Assembly: GCA_963804955.1 (NCBI GenBank)
Contig: CAWDSQ010000001.1
Span: 64,001 to 128,000 of the forward strand
Source: an uncultured delta proteobacterium
GTDB taxonomy: Bacteria > Desulfobacterota > WTBG01 > CAIYCZ01 > CAIRTM01
DNA length: 64,000 nucleotides
Direction: 5' to 3'
The translations under genes and the position numbers were made by a program. The notes beneath the pieces are model-generated. The model was given only the letters and a program-made list of their open reading frames with translations, was not told the origin of the DNA and searched no databases. Shown here in pieces: positions 1 to 10,773 of this stretch; positions within the stretch are counted from its first letter, which is position 1, and the number at the start of each line of letters is the position of its first letter.

Positions 1-1290
1 TCATCTGCCGCCGCATGGCCCGGTTGTGTTTGCCGCAACGCTGCCGCCGCATGTGGAGGTGGAGTTTGTGGATGAAAACGTGCAGGCCCTTGAGCTTGAC
101 GATGCCCCCGATTTTGTCGGCATTTCCATGATGCTCACCGCGCAGGTCAGGCGCGGCTGGCAGATTGCCGATCACTATCGCAGCCGGGGCATCAAGGTCA
201 TCTGCGGCGGCATTGCCACCATGCTGCATGCGCAGGAAACGATGGAGCATGCCGATTCGGTATTTCTCGGAGAGGCCGAAGGCAGGATGGCCGGTGTCTG
301 GATGATTTTAAAAACAACAGGCTCAAGCCCTGCTATGACTATATGACCGACTATCCTGCCGTGGAGCTCATCGGCCCGGCCCGCAGAAGCATTCTGCAGC
401 GCGATCTCTACAATTACCGGGGCGTGCAGATGGTTGATCTCGTGCATGCCTCGCGCGGGTGCCGGTTCAACTGCTATCCCTGCTGCGTTAATTTTCTGGG
501 CGGCCGGCAGTTCAGGCCCCGGCCCTATGATAAGGTTATAGAGGAGATGGCAGGCATCGACAATAACCGGCTTTTCATCGTGGACAATTCTCTTGCGCAG
601 AACAAGCAGTGGGAGCTGGGCCTGTTCCGGGAAATGGAGGGGCTGAAAAAAAAGTGGTGCTGCCATCCCATCGAAGAAGATGATGAGGTTCTGGAAGCCG
701 CGGCCCGGGCAGGGGCCTGGTATGTGTATCAGGCCGTCTTTGACACTTCAGACCATATCAGCAACAGGATAAAGCGTTATCACGACTATGGCATAGCCGT
801 TGAGGGCACCATACTGCTTGGCCTTGACAATCACACCGAGGACTATATCAAGCGGCTCATCGATTTTTTGCTTGAGGTAGAGCTTGATATGGCGGAGTTT
901 ACCGTGCTGACACCGTTTCCGCACACGCAGGCATTTGATGATATGCACGGGCAGGGCCGCATCACGAGCTATGACTGGAATGATTACACCTGCGACAGGG
1001 TTGTGTTTCAGCCCCGGCACATACAAGCCGAGCGCCTGCAGGAGCTGTACTATTATGCCTGGGACATGTTCTACCGCGACGAGCCGCAGAACTATAAGAT
1101 GTTCAGCCTTTTCAAGAAAGTTGTAGAAAAGGAAAAGGCTGATGAGACTTTTATTCCCCGGCGGCGCGACCTTGCCGGCAGAGTGTTCGGCAGGAAGAAT
1201 AGCAGGAGCAGACCGTGTGTCTGCCGTAGGGGCGCAGTGCCTGCGCCCAAAATAACGATACCGCAGGGGCAGACCAGCGTGTCTGCCTGA
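1..1290 (+). CDS. B12-binding radical SAM protein (5' partial; frameshift near 300-345)
   Basis: ORF 26..346 has a cobalamin-binding-like N-terminus (FVGIS...GGIATM...GEAEG). ORF 343..1290 has SRGCRFNCYPC (CxxxCxxC) and TPFPHT. The last ~30 codons are encoded by REP-like repeats, so the true stop may be near 1202. Confidence 0.85.
1202..1288 (+). repeat. Three tandem GTAG-family REP-like palindromes
   Basis: GCAGGAGCAGACCGTGTGTCTGCC, GTAGGGGCGCAGTGCCTGCGCCC and GCAGGGGCAGACCAGCGTGTCTGCC; same family at 25043-25068 and 50365-50420. Confidence 0.75.
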
Positions 1291-1301
1291 AGAGGCAATA
1301 C

Positions 1302-2858
1302 ATGACAAAAAAAAATAGTGTTATAGTCGGGCAGGGGCCGGTGTCCTGCGAGCAGATCGTGGCGGTTGCCCGCGGTCAGGCCCGGGTAAAGCTCAGCGCT
1401 CAAAAGACTTTCCTTGCACGCATGAACCGTTCGCAGGTCCATGCTGCAAAAAGCACTGAGAGAAGGCGTCGCGGTGTATGGCGTCAACACAGGTTTCGGC
1501 AAAGCCTGCGGCAAGCGCATGCAGGCTGATGCAGCGCTGCAAAAAATCGCCAATCCCCTGCCGTTTCACGGCTGCGGCACGGGCGAGCCCATCGGCATTG
1601 AAGAGACGCGGGCTGCCATGCTCTGCCGCATGCTCTGCCTTGCAACCGGCTACTCGGGCGTGTCCATCGGCCTGCTGCGGCAGCTTGAAGCATTTTTGAA
1701 TCTTGGCATTACGCCTGTTGTGCCCTGCCAGGGATCGGTGGGCGCATCGGGCGATCTGACGCCCATGTCCTATATCGCTGCCTGCCTTGCCGGCGAGCGG
1801 GATGTTTTTTATACAGGCAGGCGCATGAGCGCACGGCAGGCCCTGAAAAAAACCGGCCTGACAACCCTATGTCTTTGAGCCGAAAGAGCCCCTTGCCATG
1901 GTCAACGGCACATCGACCATGACCGGCATTGCCGTCATGGCTGTGGAGCGCAGCCGCAGCTATTCTTCATGCCGCCGTGTGCGCCGCAGCCCTGACCGTG
2001 CATGCTTTCAGGGGCAAGTCGCATCACTTCCATCCTGTCATCAGCAAGGCAAAGCCTTTTGCCGGGCAGGACGCTGTGGCCCGAAGCCTGACCCTGCTTC
2101 TGCAGGCAAAGGGCTCTACGGCGCATCTCGAGGAAGACGGGCCCGAAGCGCTGCAGGATCCCTATTCCGTGCGCTGCACGCCGCAGATCGCAGGCGTGCT
2201 GTCGGACGCGCTCGCCTGGATATCCCAATGGGTCGAGACCGAGGCCAACAGCTCAAACGACAATCCGATTTTTGATCCGGCCACAGGCGAGCCGCTTATG
2301 AGCGGCAATTTCTATGGCGGCCATATCGCTTTTGCCATGGACAGTCTGAAGGCTGCCCTGGCATCGGTTGCCGATATGGCTGACCGCCAGATCATGCTGC
2401 TGGTGAACCCGCAGCTCAGCCGGGGGCTGCCTGAAGATCTTGTGGGTGTAGCAGGACGCGAGCACTTTTTTCATCACGGGTTCAAGGCAATGTCGATAAC
2501 AGCCTCTGCCCTTGCCGCCGAAGCGCTTAAATTGACCATGCCTGCGGCATCGTTTTCACGGTCCAGCGAATCGCATAATCAGGACAAGGTGAGCATGGGC
2601 ACCATCGCGGCCCGCGATGCCGAGCAGGTATGCACCATTGTTGAGCGCACAGTGGCCATCCACCTGCTTGCGGCAGCGCAGGCCTGTGATCTTCGGGGCC
2701 GGGTTGAGGCGCGGCCGCGGCTTGCAGCGCTTGTCAGAAGCATCAGGAAGCTTTCACCGCGCCTGGTGGCGGACCGGCCCCTTGACCGCGACATTGAGGC
2801 TGTTGCGCAGGCAATTGCCGACGGCAGCCTGTTTCTCAACCCTTACGAGGATACATGA
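1302..2858 (+). CDS. Aromatic amino-acid ammonia-lyase (HAL/PAL/TAL family), frameshifted
   Basis: Pieces 1302..1529, 1441..1878, 1898.. and 1929..2858 give YGVNTGFG, the MIO-forming GSVGASGDL, NGTS, QDPYSVRC, NSSNDNP, GNFYGGH and HNQDKVSMG. Confidence 0.92.
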
Positions 2859-2862
2859 CGCC

Positions 2863-3285
2863 ATGACCCGCGAGCATCATGCAAGCTTTGAAATTGAGCG
2901 CAAGGTCGCCTTCTATGAGCTTGACCCCATGCAGATCGTGTGGCACGGCAACTACTATAAGTATTTTGAAGACGCCCGTTCGGGCCTGCTGCGCCAGGCG
3001 GGCATAGACCTGCACGACTTTTATGTAAAAAGCAATTGCGTTTTTCCCATCATCAAAACCGCCACCAAGCATATCTATCCCCTGCGCTACGGCGATGAAT
3101 TCATCTGCAGGGCCACTGTTGCCGAATGCAAAGAAAAGCTCGTTGTTGATTTCGAGATACGGCTCAAGGAGGGCGGCAGGGTCTGCGTTAAAGGCCGGAC
3201 CGAGCAGGTGGCTGTGCAGATGCCCGAAGGCGAGATGCAGTTTGAGCTGCCTGCTGCAATCCGCTCTGCCCTGGGGATGCTGTGA
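2863..3285 (+). CDS. Hotdog-fold acyl-CoA/ACP thioesterase (4-HBA-CoA thioesterase/YbgC-like)
   Basis: FYELDPMQIVWHGNYYKYFEDAR motif; ATG at 2863 just after the lyase stop. Confidence 0.88.
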   Translation: MTREHHASFEIERKVAFYELDPMQIVWHGNYYKYFEDARSGLLRQAGIDLHDFYVKSNCVFPIIKTATKHIYPLRYGDEFICRATVAECKEKLVVDFEIRLKEGGRVCVKGRTEQVAVQMPEGEMQFELPAAIRSALGML

Positions 3286-4989
3286 CGGGGCCGCTTTTTC
3301 ACGAAGCCCTTGCCTCGGGCGCTGAGCAGGTAGCGGTCTGGTCGCAGCTTCTGGACCGGATCAATGTCTTTCCCGTTGCCGATGGCGACACGGGCCGCAA
3401 TCTTGTCATAAGCCTTGCCCCGCTGCGGCAGCAGGTGAGCAGCCCGGAAAAACTCTGCCGGAGCCTGCTGCTTGCCGCCCGCGGCAATTCCGGCAATATT
3501 GCAGCCCGTTTCCTGCAGGAGTTCGCGCTCTTGCCCTCGCTTAAGGATCTGGCGGCCACGGTGCAGCGAGGCCGTGATATGGCATACGGGGCTGTGAGCG
3601 AGCCCAAGCCCGGCACCATGCTCAGCCTTTTCGACAGGCTTGCCGATCTTTGCAGTGAAATCCCGGCAGACATGAATGCCGCGTGGACGGCCTGGCTTCT
3701 CTCCTCGCTTGAACATGCCGTTGCCGATACCGTGCACGGGCAGCAGGTTTTGCAGCAGGCCGGGGTGGTTGATGCCGGGGCCCTGGGCATGTATCTTTTT
3801 TTTGACGGTTTTTTCAGCCGGCTTGCCGGCACTGAGTATTTCTTCTCACCGGCCCGTGCCTGCTTTAAAGATAATCTTCGCATTGCCGACTCGTTCAGCC
3901 GGGAGACAACAGCCGGTTTCTGCATCGATGCCGTGGTGGAATCGGCAGGCAGCCTGCAATCAGCCCTGGGGAGCGATCCTGACAGCGCTCGTTGTCATGC
4001 GCAGCGGGGAGTATGTCAAGGTGCATCTCCATGCCCCTGATAGGGAAAAGGCAAAGTCGGATCTGGCAGCGCTGGGTAAAATTATTTCGTGGGCAGACGA
4101 TGATCTGGCTAGCCAGACCGCGGTTTTTTCACGGCCCGCTGCAGCCTCAGCGGTCCATATCATGACCGATGCCGCAGGCTCCATTACCCGCGAAGATGCC
4201 GCAGCGCTCGGGCTTACCCTGCTTGACAGCTATATAAACATGGGCGATACAAGCCTGCCGGAGACCTGCTGTTCGCCTGCTGATATATATAAAGCCATGC
4301 GCGAAGGCTGCCGCTGCTCAACTGCGCAGGCTTCAATGGATGAGCGCTGCCAGCACTACCTGAGCGTGCTTGGACTCAATAAAAACGTGCTCTATCTGTG
4401 CGTGGGCTCGGTATATACGGGCAATTATCAGGCCGCCTCCGGCTGGAAACAGAAGCATGATCACGATAGCCGTTTCAGCATTATAGATACGGGCACAGCT
4501 TCGGGCAGGCTTGCCGTGGCCGTGCATCTCACGGCGCGTTTCGCCCGGCAGGCGGCAGGGGCGGCCGAGGTTGAAGCTTTTGCGCGCAAGGCGCTTTCAA
4601 ACTGTCATGAATATATATTTGTCGACACTTTGGGCTATCTTGCCGCCGGCGGCAGGCTTTCTAAAACCGGTGCCTTTTTCGGGGATATGCTAAAGTTTAA
4701 ACCCGTCATCAGCCCGCAGCCTGACGGCGCGCAAAAGGTCGGCATGGTCAGAAACCGCGATGAGCAGGTGCGGTTTGCCCTTGAAAAGCTCTCAGAGGTT
4801 TTCACGCCTGAGGCAAAGGGCCTGATACTTCTTGAGTATACCGACAACCGCAGCTTTGTTGAGGAAACAGCCGCAACCGTGCAGCGCCGTTTCCCGAAGA
4901 CAGAACTGCTTGTGCGGCCTTTGTCGCTCACAACAGGCGTGCATACGGGGCCGGGCACCTGGGCCGTGGCGTTTGCAGCGGAGGAATAA
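3282..4989 (+). CDS. DAK2 (FakA-like)-DegV (FakB-like) fusion protein, frameshift near 3960-3985
   Basis: N-part has INVFPVADGDTGRNL, ARGNSG, PKPGTML and VVDAGA (DAK2). C-part has VKVHLH, IMTDAA, STAQ, IIDT, LAAGGRL and GVHTGPG (DegV). Confidence 0.85.
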
Positions 4990-4996
4990 AGAAGGA

Positions 4997-5112
4997 ATTC
5001 AGTATCCAGTAGTCAGTAGCCAGAAGAAAAAATTTAAATCATTTCGGAGGCCAGATACATTTTTGGAATCTCAGTATCTTTTATTCTGAATTCTGGCTGC
5101 TGAATTCTGGCT
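4997..5112. repeat. Inverted pair of degenerate heptamer tandem repeats
   Basis: ATTCAGT-ATCCAGT-AGTCAGT-AGCCAGA (4997-5024) and TCTGAAT-TCTGGCT-GCTGAAT-TCTGGCT (5085-5112), which is its approximate reverse complement. Confidence 0.7.
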
Positions 5113-5155
5113 TCCTTTTGAAGGACAAAATTGTTTACTGCCTGATTGTTAAAAT

Positions 5156-5880
5156 ATGCGCTGTGCCATTGTCATTCCCGTCTATAATCATGAAGCCACG
5201 GTCGCCGAAGTGGTGCGGCAAAGCCTCGCACTGGGCTATCCCGTAATTGTCGTTGATGACGGTTCAACAGACAGCACCTATGAACGGATCAGGGATATTC
5301 CGTGCCGTCACCATTCTGCGGCATGCGCAGAACCGGGGCAAGGGAGCAGCGCTGCTTACGGGGTTTGCTCGAAGCAGCAAAAAACGCCGACTGGGCTGCA
5401 ACCCTGGATGCCGATGGCCAGCACCGGCCCGAAGACCTGCCGCTACTGCTTGCCGCGGTGCCTGAAGGCAAGCGGCCCATCGTGGTGGGCCGGCGCGAGG
5501 GCATGCAGGCTGAGCATGTGCCCTGGGCAAGCAGGTTCGGCAGAAAATTTTCAAATTTCTGGGTGCAGGCATCGGGCGGCCCTGCCATTTCCGATACGCA
5601 GAGCGGCATGCGCCTCTACCCGCTGCCGGAAACGATTAACCTGCCGGTGCGGGCGCGCCGGTTTCAGTTCGAGGTTGAGGTCCTGGTAAAGGCGCGCTGG
5701 TACGGCGTGCCTGTGGTGGAAGCGCCTATTCATGTCTCCTATGCCCCGAAAGGCGAGCGCATTTCCCATTACCGTGGCTTTGTCGATTCCATGAGAAACT
5801 CGGCAGCATTTACGCGTCTTATTTTCGGGCGGTTTTTCTTTCTGCCTTTTATCCGCTTCAGGCGGAAGGCTTCATGGTGA
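5156..5880 (+). CDS. Family 2 glycosyltransferase, frameshifted
   Basis: IVIPVYNH, VVDDGSTD, NRGKGAAL, TLDADGQH, DTQSGMRLYP and FEVEVLV spread over three frames. Confidence 0.9.
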
Positions 5881-5884
5881 GGGT

Positions 5885-8800
5885 ATGAAGAAACGCTATG
5901 CTCTGCGCTGGTCACTGGCCGGGCTGATACTGCTTTCAGTCACAGGGTTTTTTATTGCAGGTATCTATCGCCTTCAGTTTTCAACCGATATGCTTGCAGC
6001 GCTGCCGCAGGATGATCCCGTGCTGGCAGATGCCCGCTATGTGCTCATGCACAATCCGGCACTGGAAAAAATTGTCATCGACATAAGCCTTGCCCGTGAG
6101 GATATGGCGCTGCTGACCGAATGCGCTGCTTTTGTTGAAGCGCGGCTGCGGAAAAGCGGCCTTTTCAAACAGGTAGGCTTAGAGCATATGACCAAGCTCA
6201 TGCCCGGTTTTTTGCAGTATGCCGCGGAGGGTCTGCCGGTGCTGTTCAGCGAGCGCGAGCTGACAGAAGAAGTGGCGCCCCTGCTGTCACCCGACAAGGT
6301 GCGCGCGGCGCTGGCTGCCCATCTTGCCGGTTTAAGCGGCCTTGAGGGTATCGGTCAGGCAGAGCTTATGGCGGGCGACCCTTTGAACCTGCGAAATCTT
6401 GTGCTGAGCCGCATGGCCGGTTTAATTCCTGTCAAGAATGCCCGGTTCGTGAAGGGGCAGCTCATGTCAGGCGACGGCAGGCACCTGCTTATCATTGCCG
6501 AGCCCGCAGGCCCGGGCACTGATACGGCCTTTGCCCGCAGGCTTGATGCTTTGATGCAGCAGACCGCCGGTGAGGTTGAGGCCCGCTATGGCGCTGAAAA
6601 TGCCGTGACGCTGACCCCGGTCGGCTCCTACCGAACGTCCCTTGACAATGAGGAGAATGCAAAGCGCACTGTGCAGCGGGCCACGCTCTTTTCAACCGTG
6701 GCCGTTGCACTGTTGCTGCTGTGCGCATTTCCCCGGCCTTTGATCGGGCTTCTGGCGCTGCTGCCCGCTTTTGCCGGAACCATGTTTGCGGTTTTTGTCT
6801 ATTCTCTTTTCAATACTTCCATCTCTCTTCTGGCTGTGGGTTTCGGCGGCGCCATCGTTTCATTTACCGTTGATTACGGCATTGCCTATCTGCTTTTTCT
6901 CGACCGTTGTCACGAGACCAAGGGCTTCGAAGCATCCCGCGAGGTCTGGTCCCTCGGTCTTATCGCCATGCTCACCACTGCCGTCAGCTTTGCGGCTCTC
7001 AGTCTGAGCGGTTTCCCGGCCCTTGCCGAGATAGGGCTGTTCAGCGCCCTGGGCGTAGTTTTTACCTATATTTTCGTCCACGCCATATTCCCCCTCGTAT
7101 TTGCCCGCATGCCTGCCGCAGGCCATGAGCCTTTCGTGCCTCTGCAGGCTTTTGTGAACATACTCGCTTCATCCCGCACCAGCTGGAAAGCACCTGCAGC
7201 AATCGCCTTCGGCATCGCTATGCTTTTTTTTGCCCGGCCTGATTTTCATATTGATCTCACCGCGCTCAATGCAGCGACCCCGCAAACACGTGCAGCGGAA
7301 AAGCTTGTGCAGCAGGTCTGGGGCGATGTTACCGGCAGCATGCAGCTCATGCTGGAGGCAGGCTCCAGGGATGAGCTTGCCCGCCGCGGCGACCGGGTAT
7401 CTCGCATGCTGCAGGCCGAGATAGCCGGCGGCGCGGTGCAGCCCTGCTTCCTTCCTTCGTCGCTGCTTCCCGGGGCGGAGGTTCGCCGGGAAAATTTTGC
7501 CGCCTGGCAGCGCTTCTGGAGCACAGAGCGCATTGCCGGCCTTGAAGCAGCCGTCGGTGCGGCATCGCGCGATCTCGGGTTTGCTCCCGATGCTTTTGCG
7601 CCTTTTTTTGCCATGCTTGCCAGCCCCGCCATGCCGCAGGCTTCAATGCCCGATGAGCTTTGCGCTTTGCTTGGCATAGCACAGGATGCAGAGGCCGGCA
7701 TCTGGCGGCAGGTGCTCACGCTTGCGCCCGGTTCATCATATGCCGCAGATGATTTCTACAGCCGCATTTCCGCTGACGCTGCAGCGCGGCTGTTTGACCC
7801 TGCTCTTTTCAGCCAGAGACTGGGGACGGTGCTCCTGTCGGGGTTTCTAAAAATGGCGCTCATTGTCGGCCTGGTAACGGTACTGGTCGCGCTTTTATTT
7901 TTTATGGACTGGCAGCTTACCCTGCTTGGTATTGCGCCGACGGTGTTTGCCCTCATCTGCACACTGGGCACTCTTGAAACTTATGGGCCAGCCTCTGGGC
8001 ATCCCCACGCTCATGGTGGCTGTCGTGGTTATCGGCATGGGCACGGACTATGCGCTGTATTTAATCCGCGCCTATCAGCGCTATTGTGATGAAGCCAATG
8101 CCTCCCTCGGTCTTATCCGCCTGTCGGTTTTTCTCTCGTTTGCCACCACGCTGCTTGGCTTTGGCGTGCTTGCCGTGTGCGATAATCCCATGCTCAAAAG
8201 CGCCGGCCTCGGGCTTGCCCTTGGCATCGGCTATTCATTCATCGGCGCTGTCACCATTGTGCCGCCGGTATTAAAGCGGCTGTTTGCGCCTGCGCGTTTT
8301 CCTGACGAAACGGTTCAGGCCGGCTCGCGGCGGCACTTTCAGAGGTTTATCAGCCATTACCGGCATATGGAGTCATACCCTCGGTTCTTTGCCCGCTTCA
8401 AGGTCCTGTGTGATCCCATGTTCCCCCGGCTTGCGGATTTTTTGCATGCACCGCGCACAGTCATTGATATCGGCACCGGCTATGGCGTGCCTGCGGTCTG
8501 GCTGCTTGAGCTGTTTCCGGATTTAAAAGTATATGGCATCGAGCCGGATGCACGAAGGGTGCGCTTTGCCAGCCGCGCCATTGGCGGGCGCGGGCTCGGT
8601 ACAGGTGGGCCGGGCGCCTGATGTCCCCGATGCGCCAGGGCCTGCCGATGCAGCGCTGCTGCTTGATATGCTCCACTATATAACCGATGATGAAGTGCGG
8701 CTCACGCTTTCGCGCCTGCGTGAAAAGCTGCGCCCCGGCGCACAGCTCATTGTGCGGGTAACCATTCCCCTGCATGAGCGCGCATCAGTGCTGCGCTTTG

Positions 8801-8955
8801 TTGAAACAACACGCCTGAAGATACTGGGCATTGCGTCGTATTTGCGCACGGCGCAGCAGGTGCGCGCACTTATTACGGATGCGGGCTTTACCATCACCTG
8901 TGAAGAGCCAACTGCCCAGGGTAGTGAAATTATCTGGTTTATTGCTGAAAAATAA
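5885..8955 (+). CDS. MMPL/RND-family exporter fused to a C-terminal class I SAM methyltransferase (frameshifts ~7975, ~8598)
   Basis: Two MMPL repeats (TVDYGIAY; GMGTDYALY) run without a stop in ORF 7926..8621 into IDIGTGYG (SAM motif I); LDMLHY follows in 8533..8955. Confidence 0.8.
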
Positions 8956-8958
8956 AAG

Positions 8959-9138
8959 ATTCACCGCAGAGACGCAAAGAGCGCAAAGGGTTAATGCTTT
9001 TTGTTTTTCGCTGAGAGAGCAAAAAACAAAAAAAGTGCACTTTTCGGCAAATGAGGCGATGTCTTTCCCTTTGTGCCTTCTCAGCAAAAAAGGAAAGACA
9101 TATCTTCACTCTGCGGCCTCCGCGCCTCTGCGGTGAAT
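8959..9138. repeat. Miniature inverted-repeat element (ACCGCAGAG type)
   Basis: Perfect 13-bp IR ATTCACCGCAGAG / CTCTGCGGTGAAT, extended imperfectly to ~30 bp, with an inner IR GCTGAGA / TCTCAGC. Confidence 0.75.
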
Positions 9139-9162
9139 TTATGCGTAAGAAAATTTTTTGAG

Positions 9163-9257
9163 GTTGGGTTAAGCCCGGGAAATCCGTTGGGTTTCGTACC
9201 TCAATCCATACAGATAACGGTCTTATTAAAACCCATATTCTTAAGGGCGAACCCAAC
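9163..9257. repeat. Decayed GTTGGGTT...AACCCAAC REP-like element
   Basis: GTTGGGTTAAGCCC ... GGGCGAACCCAAC with an internal GTTGGGTTTCGTACCTCAATCC. Confidence 0.5.
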
Positions 9258-9275
9258 AAATCAACGTATGAGATT

Positions 9276-10174
9276 ATGACAGACCTTTTCTACCGCTGCC
9301 TGATGTTTGTCTCCGGCTTCACCGGCGCCTGGCTGTTTAAAGCCGGGGCCTGGTGGGTTGCAACGGGCTATTTCTTTCTGTTTCCGCAGCGGGTTCGGCA
9401 CGAGCATCAATTTCTATAAAGCGCTTTTCCCTGTGCGCGGATTTTTCTATCATCTCTTCTGCGCCTGGCGTCAGTTTCACAATTTCACCACGATCTTTCT
9501 CGACCGCTGGCTTGCCCGCAACCCGGGCAGCATCACCTTTTCGCAGGAGGGCCGGGAGCATATTGAAAAGATCGCATGTGACGGAACCGGCGGCATTATG
9601 CTCATGTCGCATCTTGGCAACTGGGAGCTTGGGGCGAGCTATCTTGGGAGCCGCACTGACGGGCCTGCCATAAAACTTCTTCTGTATCTGGGGGAAAAGC
9701 AGGGCGAGCAGATCGAGGGGCTGCAGAAAAAGGACCTTGCCCTGCAGGGCGTGAAGATCATCGCCACAAAGCAGGGCGAAGCCTCACCCTTTGACCTTGT
9801 GGAGGGAGTGCGCTTTATAAAAGAAGGCGGCTTTGTCTCCATGACCGGCGACCGCCTGTGGAGCGCTGCCCAGCGCTCGGTTGCAGTGAAGTTTTTAGGC
9901 CGCGAGGCCCGCATACCCGAGGCACCGTTTCAGTTTGCCCTGCTCTCAGGCGCACCGCTCATTATCTTTTTTGTGAACCGCCTGGGCAACGGCAGATACC
10001 ATTCCACGCTCTTCCCGCCGTATTGCGGTTGCGGCAGCATCCCGCAGCGAGCGCGCGGAAGCCATTCGCAAGGCTGCGCAGCAGTATGCCGATATCCTGG
10101 AGACCATGGTGCGGCGGTATCCCTTTGAGTGGTATCACTTCGAGCGGTTTATTGAGCCGGGGGGTAGTGAATAA
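9276..10174 (+). CDS. Lipid A lauroyl-acyltransferase-like (LpxL/LPLAT superfamily) acyltransferase, frameshifted
   Basis: SHLGNWE and MTGDR motifs, VKFLGREARIPEAPF, and the C-terminus YPFEWYHF; ATG at 9276, stop at 10172-10174 after frame correction. Confidence 0.85.
9916..10156 (+). repeat. Direct repeat copy 1 (~240 bp, 3' end of the acyltransferase)
   Basis: Near-identical to 11739-11978; about 9 differences by manual alignment. Confidence 0.95.
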
Positions 10175-10205
10175 CGGCGCCCTTGAGTTTTTCCGTTTTT
10201 TGGGT

Positions 10206-10761
10206 TAGTGGCCTTCACATTTGATTTTGCAGGCCCCCTCACCCCAACCCTCTCCCACCAGAGGCTGTGTCACAATACCGTTTTTGGTAGTCGCAAGCTT
10301 CAGCTTGCGTTTGTTGGCACATGGAATGTCAATACGTTACGCAGGCTGAAGCCTGCGGCTACCTCCACAATTATGCACTGCGACACAGTCTCCCAGGGGA
10401 GAGGGAGCCAACAATTTTCCCCTCCCACCAGAGGCTGTGTCATAATTAGTTTTGTACTGTCATTTCGAATCCGCCGCAGGCGGTGAGAAATCTTAAGGCT
10501 TTGATTTTGCTTCAGGCAAAGATCTCTCCCTTTGGTCGAGATGACATCATTTTTTAATTGCGATACAATCTCTGAGAGGAGGGTGATCGCAACTGATAAT
10601 TTTAAATGTGATGATCCACTAGTGAGCCTTCACATTTAAAAGCATCAGTTGCAGGCACTTTCCATCTAATACCCAATACTTGTGAATTAAGGATTCCTTC
10701 TCTCCTTGAGGGGAGAAGGTCAGGATGAGGGGTGATATAAATCAAAGGTGAAACCCCTGTA
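10206..10761. mobile_element. Cluster of nested non-autonomous miniature elements (MITE/REP-like)
   Basis: Outer IR ends TAGTGGCCTTCACATTTGATTT / AAATCAAAGGTGAAACCCC, CCCCTCACCCCAACCCTCTCCC..GGGAGAGGG hairpins, two GAGGCTGTGTCA..TGCGAYACARTCTC elements, a GTAG REP doublet (10286-10363) and a TGTCATTTCGA..TCGAGATGACA palindrome (10458-10546). Confidence 0.75.
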
Positions 10762-10773
10762 GGTTTCAGGGGG

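Noticed and set aside
10206..10761. CRISPR array
   Set aside because: The repeats are heterogeneous, inverted and nested rather than regularly spaced identical repeats with unique spacers; no cas genes.
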